Origin: Candidatus Zixiibacteriota bacterium
Lineage (GTDB): Bacteria; JAAXHH01
Assembly: GCA_016867335.1 (NCBI GenBank)
Contig: VGJU01000002.1
Span: forward strand, 1-62,281
Direction of reading: 5' to 3'
Length of the DNA: 62,281 nt
The position numbers were made by a program, and so were the translations under genes. This document shows positions 9,852 through 19,678 of this stretch, in pieces (position 1 is the stretch's first letter; every line of letters starts with the position of its first letter). The notes under the pieces were generated by a model. That model was not told the origin of the DNA, searched no databases, and worked only from the letters and a program-made list of their open reading frames with translations.

Positions 9852-10705
9852 TACTGTTTTATGGTTCCGAAGGTGACACCCCGCAGCAGGTGACGGCGGA
9901 CGAGTACCGTAAAGATGACGATGGGGGTCACGAAAACCAGCACCCCGGCGGCGATCTGCGGCCACGGAACCCCTTGTATGTTGCCCTGAAGCCCGGCAAA
10001 ATAAACGGGGACGGTAACGGCGTGGGCATTGTTGAGGGTCAGCGCAAAAGCGTATTCGTTCCATGCGGAGATGAGACAGAACACGCCTGTGACCGCCATA
10101 CCGGTACGCACCCTTGTCAGGATAATCACGCGGAAAATGTGCAGATGCGTGTATCCGTCGACCAGTGCCGCTTCTTCGTAGGCTTTTGGAATTTCGTCGA
10201 TAAACCCTTTCATCAGCCATACCGCCAGCGACAGGTTGAATGCGGTATACAGGAGGATAAGTCCTGCGTGGGTATTTTGGATTTCCAATTGGCGGTACAT
10301 GAGCAAAATCGGGGCGACAACCGCCAGCGGGGGCAGAAAGCGTGTGGAAAGGATAAAAAACAGCCAATCGTTTGCGCCGGCGATGCGAAACCGGCTAAAC
10401 CCGTAGGCGCAGGCCGTGCCGAGCGCGATGGCGGCTGCCGTGCTCAAAAGACCGACGATCGCGCTGTCGAGGAGATAGGCGTAAAACGACTGGTTGGAGC
10501 CGGTCAGCGGAACCGACAGTGTGGCGTAAGCCTCTCCGGTTACGGCAAACGAAGCGTCTTCGGAAGCGGACAGCGCCGGAACGAATCTGGGTTGGGTGCT
10601 GACGGCATCCGAACGGGGTTTGACCGAGGTGAGACCGAGCCACAGCAACGGGAGCATGGCCAAGGTGAGGTAGCAGGCGATAAAGACGAAGCGCAGGGGT
10701 TTCAT
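9851..10705 (-). CDS. Carbohydrate ABC transporter permease (MalG-like)
   Basis: Six hydrophobic segments and EAA loop IPKAYEEAALVDG. Confidence 0.92.
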   Translation of the reverse strand: MKPLRFVFIACYLTLAMLPLLWLGLTSVKPRSDAVSTQPRFVPALSASEDASFAVTGEAYATLSVPLTGSNQSFYAYLLDSAIVGLLSTAAAIALGTACAYGFSRFRIAGANDWLFFILSTRFLPPLAVVAPILLMYRQLEIQNTHAGLILLYTAFNLSLAVWLMKGFIDEIPKAYEEAALVDGYTHLHIFRVIILTRVRTGMAVTGVFCLISAWNEYAFALTLNNAHAVTVPVYFAGLQGNIQGVPWPQIAAGVLVFVTPIVIFTVLVRRHLLRGVTFGTIKQ

Positions 10706-11607
10706 GTCGCACCGCGTCCTTGACGCCGCTGCATGGCGTCTACATAGCGAATAAAGACAGTGGCGAGCGCGACGACCGGCACGAGCACGACAAAGGCGTA
10801 GGCGCTGCCCAGCCCGATTTTGTAGTCTCGGAGCATGACCTGATAGAGCAGGGCGCTGAGTGTCTGTGTGGCGGCGTCGTTAGGGCCGGTGATGGCCATG
10901 ACGAGGTCGAACTGTTTGAGCGCGTCGGTGGCCCGAAACAGGACCGCGAGAAACAGCAGTGGCGCGCACAGCGGCAGGGTGATGCGGCGAAAAACGCGCC
11001 ATACCGAAGCGCGGTCGATTTCGGCGGCTTCGTATAGATACACGGGAATCGCCTGAAGCCCGGCCAGCGCGATAAGCGCCATAAACGGTGTCCACATCCA
11101 TACATCGACCAGCAACACCGACAGCAGTTTGAGTGCGGGATCGGTAAGCCATTGCGGCTGAACGAGTCCGAGAGCGCCGAGCGTCTGGTTGAGGATACCG
11201 TACTGTCCGTTGAGGATGAGGTTCCAGTACAGCCCCATGACGGCGGGAGAGAGCATCATGGGGATGAGGAGCAAGGTAAGGATGGCGCTTTTGCCGCGAA
11301 ATGTGCGCTGAAGTGAAAGCGCGAGGGCAAAACCGAGCGCGAGTTCGATGGTCACGGCAAGCGTCGTAAACAGCGCCGTAGTCCGCATCGCCGCGGCGTA
11401 GCGCGGGTCGGAAAACACGCGGCTATAGTGGTCGAAGCCGACAAACGTCCAAGCCCCGCCGCTCAATTCTGCGTTGGTAAAGCTGAGTACGATATTGTAA
11501 CAGAGCGGGAATACATTCATCCCGATTAGCAGAACCAAGGCGGGGGCCACAAAGCCGTATTTGAGCCGTCCGGCACTGCGTTCGGCATAGGAAACTGCTG
11601 GCTCCAT
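10702..11607 (-). CDS. Carbohydrate ABC transporter permease (MalF-like)
   Basis: EAA loop LYEAAEIDRAS, DVWMWTPF motif, multiple TM segments. Confidence 0.92.
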   Translation of the reverse strand: MEPAVSYAERSAGRLKYGFVAPALVLLIGMNVFPLCYNIVLSFTNAELSGGAWTFVGFDHYSRVFSDPRYAAAMRTTALFTTLAVTIELALGFALALSLQRTFRGKSAILTLLLIPMMLSPAVMGLYWNLILNGQYGILNQTLGALGLVQPQWLTDPALKLLSVLLVDVWMWTPFMALIALAGLQAIPVYLYEAAEIDRASVWRVFRRITLPLCAPLLFLAVLFRATDALKQFDLVMAITGPNDAATQTLSALLYQVMLRDYKIGLGSAYAFVVLVPVVALATVFIRYVDAMQRRQGRGAT

Positions 11608-11628
11608 GTCGAGGATCGTCCGTGTCAG

Positions 11629-12942
11629 CTACTGAGTGGCAGATTCTTTAAAAATCTGCGTATGTTTCTCCGCGACGGCGTTGAGCGCATCCTGCGAGGA
11701 GGCCACCCCATCGAGTGCTTCGCCGATATGTTGCTGGGCGGCGGCCAGCAGTTCGTTATACGCGGGGACATTCCAAAAATCGCGCACATGATCGAGCGAC
11801 TGCGCAAAAGCATCGTTAAACGGGGTAGCCTGACGAAATTCCGGGCTGGACAGAATCGCGGTGTCAGCGGTAAATCCGGCCTTTTTGGTGATCCACTGTT
11901 TTTGCACGTCGGTTTTCAGAAACCAGGCGATAAACTGTCTGGCGCGTTCCTGCTGTTCGGGTGAGGTTTTGGTAGAGATGCTCATCCCCTGTCCGCCGAG
12001 GCTGATAAAGCGCTGGTCACCTTGTCGGGGCACCATAAAAAACCCGACTTTATCTCCCATCTGGTCTACGATGCCGGGGAAAAAGGCAAAATAGTCCATC
12101 ATCATGGCCGTGGAGCCGTTGGTAAAAACTTCGAGCACTTGCCCATAATCCATGTTGGCTCCGCCTTGTGGGGCGAAAGGAATCAGCGACTTCATAAACT
12201 CGAGCGCGGCGAGCGCGGCGGGGCCGTTGACATTCCCTTGGGGGTCATGCGTAGCATCGTTTCCCCAACTGCCGCCAAAGGCCCACAGAAACTGCTGAAA
12301 TCCCATGACAAGCGAATCGTAGGAGCGCCCGGTCAAGATGGCGCAGCCATAACGGTTGTCGGCGGGACGCGTAAAAAATTCGGCCACCTGTTTGAATTCG
12401 TCCCAAGTGTCCGGCGGAACAAGATCGCGTCCGTATTTCTGTTTGAAGGCCGCCTGTTCGTTTGGATCGGCAAACCAGTCCTTGCGGTAGGCAAACCCGA
12501 CGGCGTCCGTCTCGCACGGAGCCGCGTAGAATTTGCCGCTTCCGGGTGGATATTCGCAGAGATAGCGCGCGGCACGCGGATGCACCTTTTTCATGTCGAT
12601 GGCGGTAGGCAGCCATGTGGTAAGGTCCACGTACAACCCTTTGGTAGCTCCGCGTCCGATCCATTGGCTGTCACCCACGACGATATCGAAGTCGGTTTTG
12701 TTGTTGCCAAAATTGAGAAACACCTGATCCTGATAATTTGCCCATGGAATCTGAAGCACCTTGACGGCGATGCCCGTTTCCTTTTCGAACTGGTTGCCAA
12801 GTTCCTGAAGTCCGTCCGCGGGCGACCATTGCGCCCACCAGACGGTCAGCGCAGGTGTTGCTTCGGGCGCTCCGCCGCAATTGATACCCAAAAACGAAAA
12901 ACCAAACACGCAAACTATCCGGTGAAAAGAACGTAGCGTCAT
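11629..12942 (-). CDS. Sugar ABC transporter substrate-binding lipoprotein
   Basis: Lipobox-like LGINC, YRKDWF and PPDTWDEF motifs of SBP family 1. First gene of the ABC cluster. Confidence 0.9.
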   Translation of the reverse strand: MTLRSFHRIVCVFGFSFLGINCGGAPEATPALTVWWAQWSPADGLQELGNQFEKETGIAVKVLQIPWANYQDQVFLNFGNNKTDFDIVVGDSQWIGRGATKGLYVDLTTWLPTAIDMKKVHPRAARYLCEYPPGSGKFYAAPCETDAVGFAYRKDWFADPNEQAAFKQKYGRDLVPPDTWDEFKQVAEFFTRPADNRYGCAILTGRSYDSLVMGFQQFLWAFGGSWGNDATHDPQGNVNGPAALAALEFMKSLIPFAPQGGANMDYGQVLEVFTNGSTAMMMDYFAFFPGIVDQMGDKVGFFMVPRQGDQRFISLGGQGMSISTKTSPEQQERARQFIAWFLKTDVQKQWITKKAGFTADTAILSSPEFRQATPFNDAFAQSLDHVRDFWNVPAYNELLAAAQQHIGEALDGVASSQDALNAVAEKHTQIFKESATQ

Positions 12943-12962
12943 GACACTCTCCTTGTATATCG

Positions 12963-13655
12963 TTAGGGATGCAGAAAAAAATCGTCGTACAACCGGTCGG
13001 TGTATATTATGGTAATTTTTCGGCCTTTGCGTTCTATGTACCCGTCTTTTTCGAGGTTGTTCATAATCCGGGAGACCGTCTCGCGTGTCGTGCCGGCCAT
13101 GTGGGCGATTTCCTTGAGCATGGGCCGTTCCAATATGGTGATGCGCGCGACATCCAGTCCATCACCCACCTGGTCTTCGGCCAGTTGAAAAAGCACGGCG
13201 GCCACACGCCCGTAGGCGTTGAGCAGTGCCAGATTTTCCACCTGTCTATTGGTACGCCGGATACGGTGCGCCAGCGTAGAAAGCATCCGTGTAGCGATCT
13301 GCGGATAGCGTGCCAGACACTGAAGAAAATCGTACCGGCGTAATTCGAGCAACTCGGTAGGTTCGGTCGTAACGACCGTCGCCGACCGGGGGTAGCCGTC
13401 CAGCAATGCCATCTCTCCGAAAAAATCGCCGTCGGTCAATATGGAAAGAATCACCTCGCGTCCTTCGTCGCTGTGCATGGATACGGACACCCGTCCCGAC
13501 AGGATGACAAACAGGCTGTCGCCCGTCTGATCCACGCGCAGTACGGTCGTTTCTGCCTTGACGCGATGTATGGAAGCCCCGGCGGCAATGGTTTCGAGTT
13601 CGTCGTTTTCAAGGGAAGAAAACAACGGAACGTGTTTTAGTGCGGATGCTTTCAT
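12963..13655 (-). CDS. Crp/Fnr family transcriptional regulator
   Basis: cNMP-binding motif GDFFGEMALLDGYPRSATV and HTH IAHMAGTTRETVSR. Confidence 0.93.
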   Translation of the reverse strand: MKASALKHVPLFSSLENDELETIAAGASIHRVKAETTVLRVDQTGDSLFVILSGRVSVSMHSDEGREVILSILTDGDFFGEMALLDGYPRSATVVTTEPTELLELRRYDFLQCLARYPQIATRMLSTLAHRIRRTNRQVENLALLNAYGRVAAVLFQLAEDQVGDGLDVARITILERPMLKEIAHMAGTTRETVSRIMNNLEKDGYIERKGRKITIIYTDRLYDDFFLHP

Positions 13656-13788
13656 AGGAAACCTTTCCCGCTGTCTCAATGTCTGAAAAGCGGGGGCAAG
13701 ACAAGCCGCGTCATACGCGGGGTGTCGCCAGAAATCGGACAGTCTCTTCGATATTCGGATAATGCCAAAGGGAGCGGAATGTCACGCC

Positions 13789-13817
13789 AATATAGCCCTG
13801 CGAAAAATATTTGTCAA
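13789..13817 (-). promoter_or_regulatory. Putative sigma-70 promoter for the crp-ABC operon
   Basis: Minus strand TTGACA-17 nt-TATATT. Confidence 0.65.
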
Positions 13818-13936
13818 TCCTGTCGCAGGTCTCTATCATACGGAAAACAAAACATCCCGACAACAGGGGAAATTCCCTCGCCCCTTCAGGCTTCGAACGT
13901 TATCCTTCGAACCTCTTTCCCATCCCGGAGCCTTTC

Positions 13937-14311
13937 ATGGCCTCCATACTTCTTGTAGACGACGAACCCGCTTTTCGGGATATTTTTCAAAGATACCTCG
14001 AATTTAAAGGCTATACGGTCGTCACTGCTGGAAACGGGGCGGAAGCGCTTCGGGTGTTCGAAACGCAAAGCGACCCAATCCGAATGGTCGTACTCGATCT
14101 GATTTTGCCACAAGAAGACAGCCGGGAGATCGCCGCGCAGATGAAAATGCACAACCCCGGTCTTCCGATTCTGTACGTATCCGCCAGCCGACACCATCAG
14201 GTGCTGGACAACGGCCTGCTCGACGCAAGGGATGTGTTTTTGGAGAACCCCTTTTCGCTTATCGTTCTCAAACAGACCGTCCAGCGGATTCTGGACCGGA
14301 ACCCGTCATAA
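13937..14311 (+). CDS. Stand-alone response regulator receiver domain
   Basis: ILLVDDE, VVLDLILP (phospho-Asp), LYVSA. The conserved Lys-Pro appears as Asn-Pro (FLENPF). Confidence 0.85.
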   Translation: MASILLVDDEPAFRDIFQRYLEFKGYTVVTAGNGAEALRVFETQSDPIRMVVLDLILPQEDSREIAAQMKMHNPGLPILYVSASRHHQVLDNGLLDARDVFLENPFSLIVLKQTVQRILDRNPS

Positions 14312-16536
14312 TGCCCATGGGAGCCGGTCGCCTGCTTGCCGTCTTGTGCGCGTCGAGTTTGGGCTTGGTTTTCGCCCAGACCCCCCCGGAACCCCCTCGG
14401 TCCGATGTTTTGCGCGAAGGCGACGCCGTTTTGATGGCCGACACGCTGATCGCTCGTTTTGCCGGCGCAACGGCCCCGGATGCGGAGAAACCGCCTTCGC
14501 AACAAACGACAGGGGTTCTCGGTTTCCGTTGGACACCGCAACCTCTGCGTCATCAGGGCCCCAACATTTTTGCGTCGGTGATCGACCACCCTTCTTTGCT
14601 CGCCGGAATCAGGCAACTCAAAACTGACCCCGGATGGGATCCCTACACCCCCGGTGTATCGGGCGTCGTTCCGTACGACTATCGCTACGACGCCGACGGC
14701 AACCAAAAACGTTCGCTCGCCGCCCGGTTCGACATAAGCCGTCCGCTGATACCGGGCAGTCGATGGGGTTTTGCATTCGACAGTCGGTACAGCGACGTGG
14801 CCGGACCGTTTCCCAACCAGCGTACCGCGCGTCTGGACGGTCTTTTCGACGTTTCCCGCCGGTTTGGTCGCAACGATGTACTCCAAACGACGCTGATGGG
14901 GGTGGACAGCGGATGGCACCTCAACCGGGCCAACCGCGTGTTTACGGACCGGGCGCGCTACAAGCTCGAACAGTTGAACACCTGGCGCACGGGCACCACC
15001 GGTATCGAGGCCTCATACCGACGCGTGCCGAAACAAGGAAGGGCGTTTGTCCTCTCAGGTCGGTATATTGCGGACGACTGGAGCAGTGATCCGCCCGATC
15101 CTTCCCGTATGCGATTTCCCTCCGCAGGCGACAAACTTCCGAAAGATACCCCCCTGCCGCCCGGAACCGTTCCCGAAAGTCGGCGCTATGTCGGCGGTGT
15201 TTTTCCGGTGGTGACCACAACGGTCGCCGCTGAAAAACGACGCATCCGGTCGTGGGAACTTGCCGGAGAAATGCGGTTCGACACCGGGCGATATCGAGTG
15301 ACGATCGGGGCAGACGCGCGGTTTGATCGGTCGGCGACTCAGCGTCACTGGCAGACGCTTACGGTGTTGGACCGCTACCGGGTGTCTGCCGGAACAAACG
15401 AGTTTGGTCTATACGCCGATACCCGTTTTCGCTGGCTCGCCATGGTCATGGCCGCAGGACTTCGATACGAATTTTACCGACCCATGACCGTGTCATGGAG
15501 CGACCTGTACCGCTCCTATGCCGACGATCGGGTGGGTCGGGAAAACATCCATCGCTTGCTGACCGGTTTTGAAGGCGCACCGATACAAAACCTCCATTTG
15601 CTCAGTCCGCATTTTTACGTGTCGTTTCCCACGCCCAAGTTTCACGCCTATCTGACATTTGGCGCACACACACGCATCCCTTCGGTTCAAGAAAGATATC
15701 GGGATCAGACGACCACACCCTTTACCGACGGCACTACGCCCCGTCTGACACCGCGACGGTCGTAAACGGCGGAGACGGGTATCTGTTTTGTTCAACATGC
15801 GTGGACGCTGGACATGGCGCTGTTTTACCGTGATGTTGAACGGTTTCTCCCGCGTTTCGGGCCCGACGTGCTCCCCCAGCGCGTTTCGAACTATGCCGGT
15901 GTATGGGGCCGAATCGACGGCGGTTTTCGGCGACAGCGCGGTGCCGAAATCCATTTGAACCGCCGTTAGCCACACACGCAGAAAAGCGGCGTGCGGATTA
16001 CCGGCAGACTGTTATATCTCTATCTTTTTAACCCGGCGCGTCCGCTTCGACGAGATTTTGCAGTCACGCCTGCCGCACCCGTCACCTTGACCGATTTGAC
16101 GGTCTTCGACCCACAAATCGACTCTTTTTGGAACCGGCGGCACTATATTGCTTTGTCGTCGTCGATTCGGTTTGCTTCGGGACTTACCCTGACCGGTGTC
16201 GGACATGTTCATAGCGGAGCTCCCTACCGGCGGTTGCCCGCGGAACCCCTGGGTCTGCCCGTTCCCCATACACAGCCCGAAACGCTCTCCTATGGGCCTT
16301 ACAGGCGACAGATTGACGCCCGGATTGATCTGCCGATTCGTCCGACAGAAGGGCGGCTCGGTTTTATCGTGTTTGCAGAGGGCCGGAATCTGACCAACGA
16401 ACACAACGTCGAAACGGTGGCCGACCCCGACGCCCTGCGGCGAAGCGGAGCGCCCGACCATCCGGCGATCCCGCAGACCCAGCGAGTATACGGCCCGGCG
16501 CGGAGCGTATGGACGGGGGTGGAGGTGCGATGGTAA
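14311..16536 (+). pseudogene. TonB-dependent-receptor-like outer-membrane barrel interrupted by two in-frame stops
   Basis: ORFs 14311-15765 and 15991-16536 are in one frame. The gap translates as S*TAETGICFV..WTLDMALFYRDVE..GAEIHLNRR*PHT (TAA 15763, TAG 15967). Signal peptide present; TBDR-like end GRNLTN...YGPARSVWTGVEVRW. Confidence 0.7.
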
Positions 16537-17450
16537 CCTCCTTTTTGTTTTTTCTGCCCGCGGGTCTATTTTTTCTTTTTTGGCTGACGGCGACGGCACT
16601 AACCGGCTGTAATAACATACGTCCCGAACAGCGATACGGATCGGTGATCGACGACAGTCGGATTCTGTCGGTGGCGCTGTATTTTCGCAGCAGTGACCCC
16701 GACGTTCCGCCCGATACGCTTTTGGTTCGACGTTTCCACTACTTTGTCCGCCCGTCTCCATGGGAGGTGACCACATCGGGAACCAATCGTCCCATAACCG
16801 TATTCGAAGAAATGGCCGTATATGCGTTGACAATCCGGGGGTTGGCCCGTCTGGCTCGGCTCCCCCGCTATCATGGCGACGGAGACACCCGTCTCGTCCA
16901 GGTCGTCGTGCGCCCACAGGTGCCGATTCCGTTCGGTCTTGACGTCAAACCGCGTTTTCTTGTGTATGTAGAAGGAGGGCCGATTTACGGCGGTATCGAT
17001 CTTGACGGTGACCTTTCGCCTGAAAATACAGTGGAGCGTTCGCTTTCGCTGATGGCGGACGGCCATGTCAATCGCGCCGATCTCGCGCTTGACGGCGAAT
17101 CGATCGTGTTTATCGATCAAAATCGGCGAGTATTTGCTTTTCCGAAAGGCGCGGCTTTGCCGGCGATAGTAGCCGACCTGTACGACCGAACCGCTGCGTG
17201 GGCTGTAAAGGGGATTCGGTGGGGCGGTTCTTCACTCGACACCGCACTGCTTCTCGTGGATCGCGGTATCGGTGGCGACGGGGTCTACCGACTCGACGTA
17301 AACACCGGCGGTTTTGGTTTTGTCGGCGGCAACCCGTCCTCACCTACCAATGTAACCGACTCGGTGTTGCTGGATGCGATAGAACGCCGATCCCGCGGTT
17401 TTTCGTACGCCGACTGGCGGGTTCCCGACCCAGAAACGTTTGCAGAGTGA
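16530..17450 (+). CDS. Hypothetical lipoprotein
   Basis: Hydrophobic N-terminus with lipobox LTGC. Overlaps the end of the barrel gene; GGAGGT ribosome-binding site. Confidence 0.65.
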   Translation: MVTSFLFFLPAGLFFLFWLTATALTGCNNIRPEQRYGSVIDDSRILSVALYFRSSDPDVPPDTLLVRRFHYFVRPSPWEVTTSGTNRPITVFEEMAVYALTIRGLARLARLPRYHGDGDTRLVQVVVRPQVPIPFGLDVKPRFLVYVEGGPIYGGIDLDGDLSPENTVERSLSLMADGHVNRADLALDGESIVFIDQNRRVFAFPKGAALPAIVADLYDRTAAWAVKGIRWGGSSLDTALLLVDRGIGGDGVYRLDVNTGGFGFVGGNPSSPTNVTDSVLLDAIERRSRGFSYADWRVPDPETFAE

Positions 17451-17559
17451 TACCCATCGTCAATGGACAATGATTATAGACATAATCTCTTGCTTCGAAA
17501 CGAGTTGCGAACCTCTCCCCCGAGGCACAGAGTAGATTGTATTCCGAGGCGAAGCCAAA

Positions 17560-17587
17560 GACGAGTCGGTTACAACCCGTGTTGGAC
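17560..17587 (-). mobile_element. Left half of an attC site (R''/L'') downstream of apt; right half not recognisable
   Basis: Minus strand GTCCAAC-ACGG-GTTGTAAC-CGAC begins 16 nt after the apt stop. GTCCAAC is near-complementary to the GTTGGGC upstream of apt. Confidence 0.6.
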
Positions 17588-17603
17588 TGCCCCAGTTTTT
17601 CAC

Positions 17604-18125
17604 TCACCTGTCGGTCTCTTGCATGTCGAACCATACCGCTTGGCACTTGTACTTCTCCCGCAACCGCACAGATAGCGGGTTGGTGTCCATGTTGATTGTC
17701 ACGATCCCGGCCACAATGCCCCCTGCGTTTTCAATCAAGTCAATGGCCGCCTGCATTTGCGCGCCCGTTTCGATCCATTCATCCACGATCAGCACAGACT
17801 CGGCTTTGCGCACACTCACCTTGCGTAGTTCGAGGCTCTTGGTCTGTCCAGTGTAATCCACAAACTGAGCGGTGGTGGCGGCCACGGGTAATTTTCCCGC
17901 TTTGCGAATGGGCAGGAAGCCTTTCCGGAGATGTAAGGCTATCGCAGTACCCAGAATGAATCCCAAGGCATCAATTCCGGCCACATAGTCAATCGGGGTT
18001 GATCGGAAGGGGTCAGCCAAGTCGGCGACCAGCTGAGCAAACGCGGCGGGATCAGCAAACACGGGGGTCACATCGCAGCGTGGGCCGGGGGTCTGGGTAT
18101 CAATGAGACACATGTAATCTTTCAT
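17604..18125 (-). CDS. apt: Adenine phosphoribosyltransferase, apparently an integron cassette
   Basis: DVTPVFADP, VAGIDALGFILG, IRKAGKLP, and PRPP loop VLIVDEWIETG. Confidence 0.85.
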   Translation of the reverse strand: MKDYMCLIDTQTPGPRCDVTPVFADPAAFAQLVADLADPFRSTPIDYVAGIDALGFILGTAIALHLRKGFLPIRKAGKLPVAATTAQFVDYTGQTKSLELRKVSVRKAESVLIVDEWIETGAQMQAAIDLIENAGGIVAGIVTINMDTNPLSVRLREKYKCQAVWFDMQETDR

Positions 18126-18171
18126 GTTGAGATCCGATGAACGCGATGATGTGGTTGCTCTATTGCAGGCA

Positions 18172-18229
18172 GCCCAACGTCGGGTTCAGCTGCGTCGCGT
18201 AGCCGCGTCGGCTGTCACCTGTATCAGAT
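18172..18229 (-). mobile_element. attC recombination site (58 bp, degenerate R'')
   Basis: Minus strand ATCTGAT-ACA-GGTGACAGC-CGACGCGGCTACGCGACGCA-GCTGAACC-CGAC-GTTGGGC. Imperfect palindrome ending in GTTRRRY, lying between two co-oriented genes. Confidence 0.75.
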
Positions 18230-18254
18230 GCCCTGTGTGCATGTTTGACCGACG

Positions 18255-19160
18255 TCACGCACCGGCTCCTGTGCCTGCTCGCAGCACGGCTCCGATGTAC
18301 GTGTCTTTGTCTTCGTCTTGGAACACTATGTGCCGCATGGTCATTTGATCCTTCTCGATGCCCCACTGCTTGCGCATCACGTGCGAGGGCGTGTTCGAGA
18401 CGATAAAGGACTTGAGAACGACGTTCGAGTCGCCGAGTCGTTGCTCGATCTCCTTGACGGTCTCGTAAAAGCCGTTCTTCGGGTCCTGCAGGCCCACGTT
18501 TCGAATGCCCTTGGGATCGACGAAGGCGACGCGCTGGCGCTCAGCCGCGAGCTGCCAGACGATGAAGTCCGGATGAAAGTTCCCGGCCTCGAAGAACCCG
18601 ACACCGCGGCCCTTGCTCAGGTTGCGCAGGAGGTACAGCTCGCGCTCCGCGAAGAAGGCAGGATTGGCGTCGTGGAACGCCTTGAGGTCTTCCACGAACC
18701 GCCTCTCGCCCTTGTTGAGGGGGGCGGGGGAGATCTCGACGATGCCGCCATCGAGGAAGAGCAAGGGCTGATAGAGGTGCCGCCCGAAGCAGATGGCCTT
18801 GATGCCGCGAAACCCCCAGGGCTTCAGGTCCCCGTCTTCGATCGCGACCTTTAGCTCATTCAGCTTCTGGACGATCTCCTGCTGGGACTCCTCGATCAGG
18901 ATCCGGTAGCAGTACTCGGGGGCGGTCTCGCGCACGACGCACGGGAAGTTGGGGTCGTCTTCGCCGATGTCCCGGTACTCGAGGTGCGGTAGTTCCCACT
19001 CGGGCTTGCGAAAGCTGTAGTAGCGCTCCACGTACTTGCGCAGCAGCGCCTGCGCCACTTCCTGCCAGACGCGCACCTTCTCGAACGAGTCGAAGGCCAG
19101 TTCCGAGTCCGGGATCAACAGCCGGTACCACGTTGTCTCCCCGAGCAGATCGGCGATGCC
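18255..19160 (-). pseudogene. C-terminal fragment of a type III restriction enzyme Res subunit (nuclease end)
   Basis: [46 protein letters not shown]...FVDPKG (PD-(D/E)xK-like). No helicase N-terminus. Codon usage is more GC3-rich than in neighbouring genes. Confidence 0.75.
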
Positions 19161-19201
19161 TTATCTGAGAAGATGTCAGTGAATCTCATCGTTTTCCTGT
19201 G

Positions 19202-19281
19202 GCCGAACTACTGTTTATATCGCGGCGTTTTCCGTTCAACACGCCGTTTGGGACGGCTATACAGCGAAAGTTCTGTCTAAC
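19202..19281 (-). mobile_element. attI-like site of a decayed integron
   Basis: Minus strand GTTAGAC...GTTGAAC...ATATAAAC-AGTA-GTTCGGC, then AGGA and an ATG at 19189. The AAAC-N4-GTT spacing resembles attI simple sites. Confidence 0.6.
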
Positions 19282-19535
19282 GTATCCGATCCGGGGTGTT
19301 TTGCGGCGAGACCACTGTCTGAATCTACCGTTCTAACGGTTTAACAAGCGTGGGCACAGACAAAACACCCGAAATAGCCGTTAAACCAATCGGACAGGTT
19401 ATGTAGCGAAACCCGCTATCTAAACCGCTACGAGCAGCCTGACCGGCCGTCTGTAAATAGGGAGGTTATCAAAGTGCTGAGGGAATAGACTATGCTTAAA
19501 AATACCACTTTTTTCCAAAATAACAAGCCGGTTTT

Positions 19536-19620
19536 TCAGACCCACCCCCGAAATAGCCGGATCAAGGTCGTTAGGTCATGCGGTTGAAACATGGCTCGCA
19601 ACGGACGGAAGACGTCTATG
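19536..19620 (+). pseudogene. intI: Remnant of the integron integrase N-terminus
   Basis: Translates SDPPPK*PDQGR*VMRLKHGSQRTEDVY, matching the IntI N-terminal pattern PKLLDQVRxxMRLKHYSxRTExxY. Divergent from the attI and cassettes; the rest of the gene is absent. Confidence 0.7.
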
Positions 19621-19678
19621 GGCATGGAGGGCAAACGCTCCCTACGCTTTCACGGCACGCGTCATCCTGTCCAAAAAA

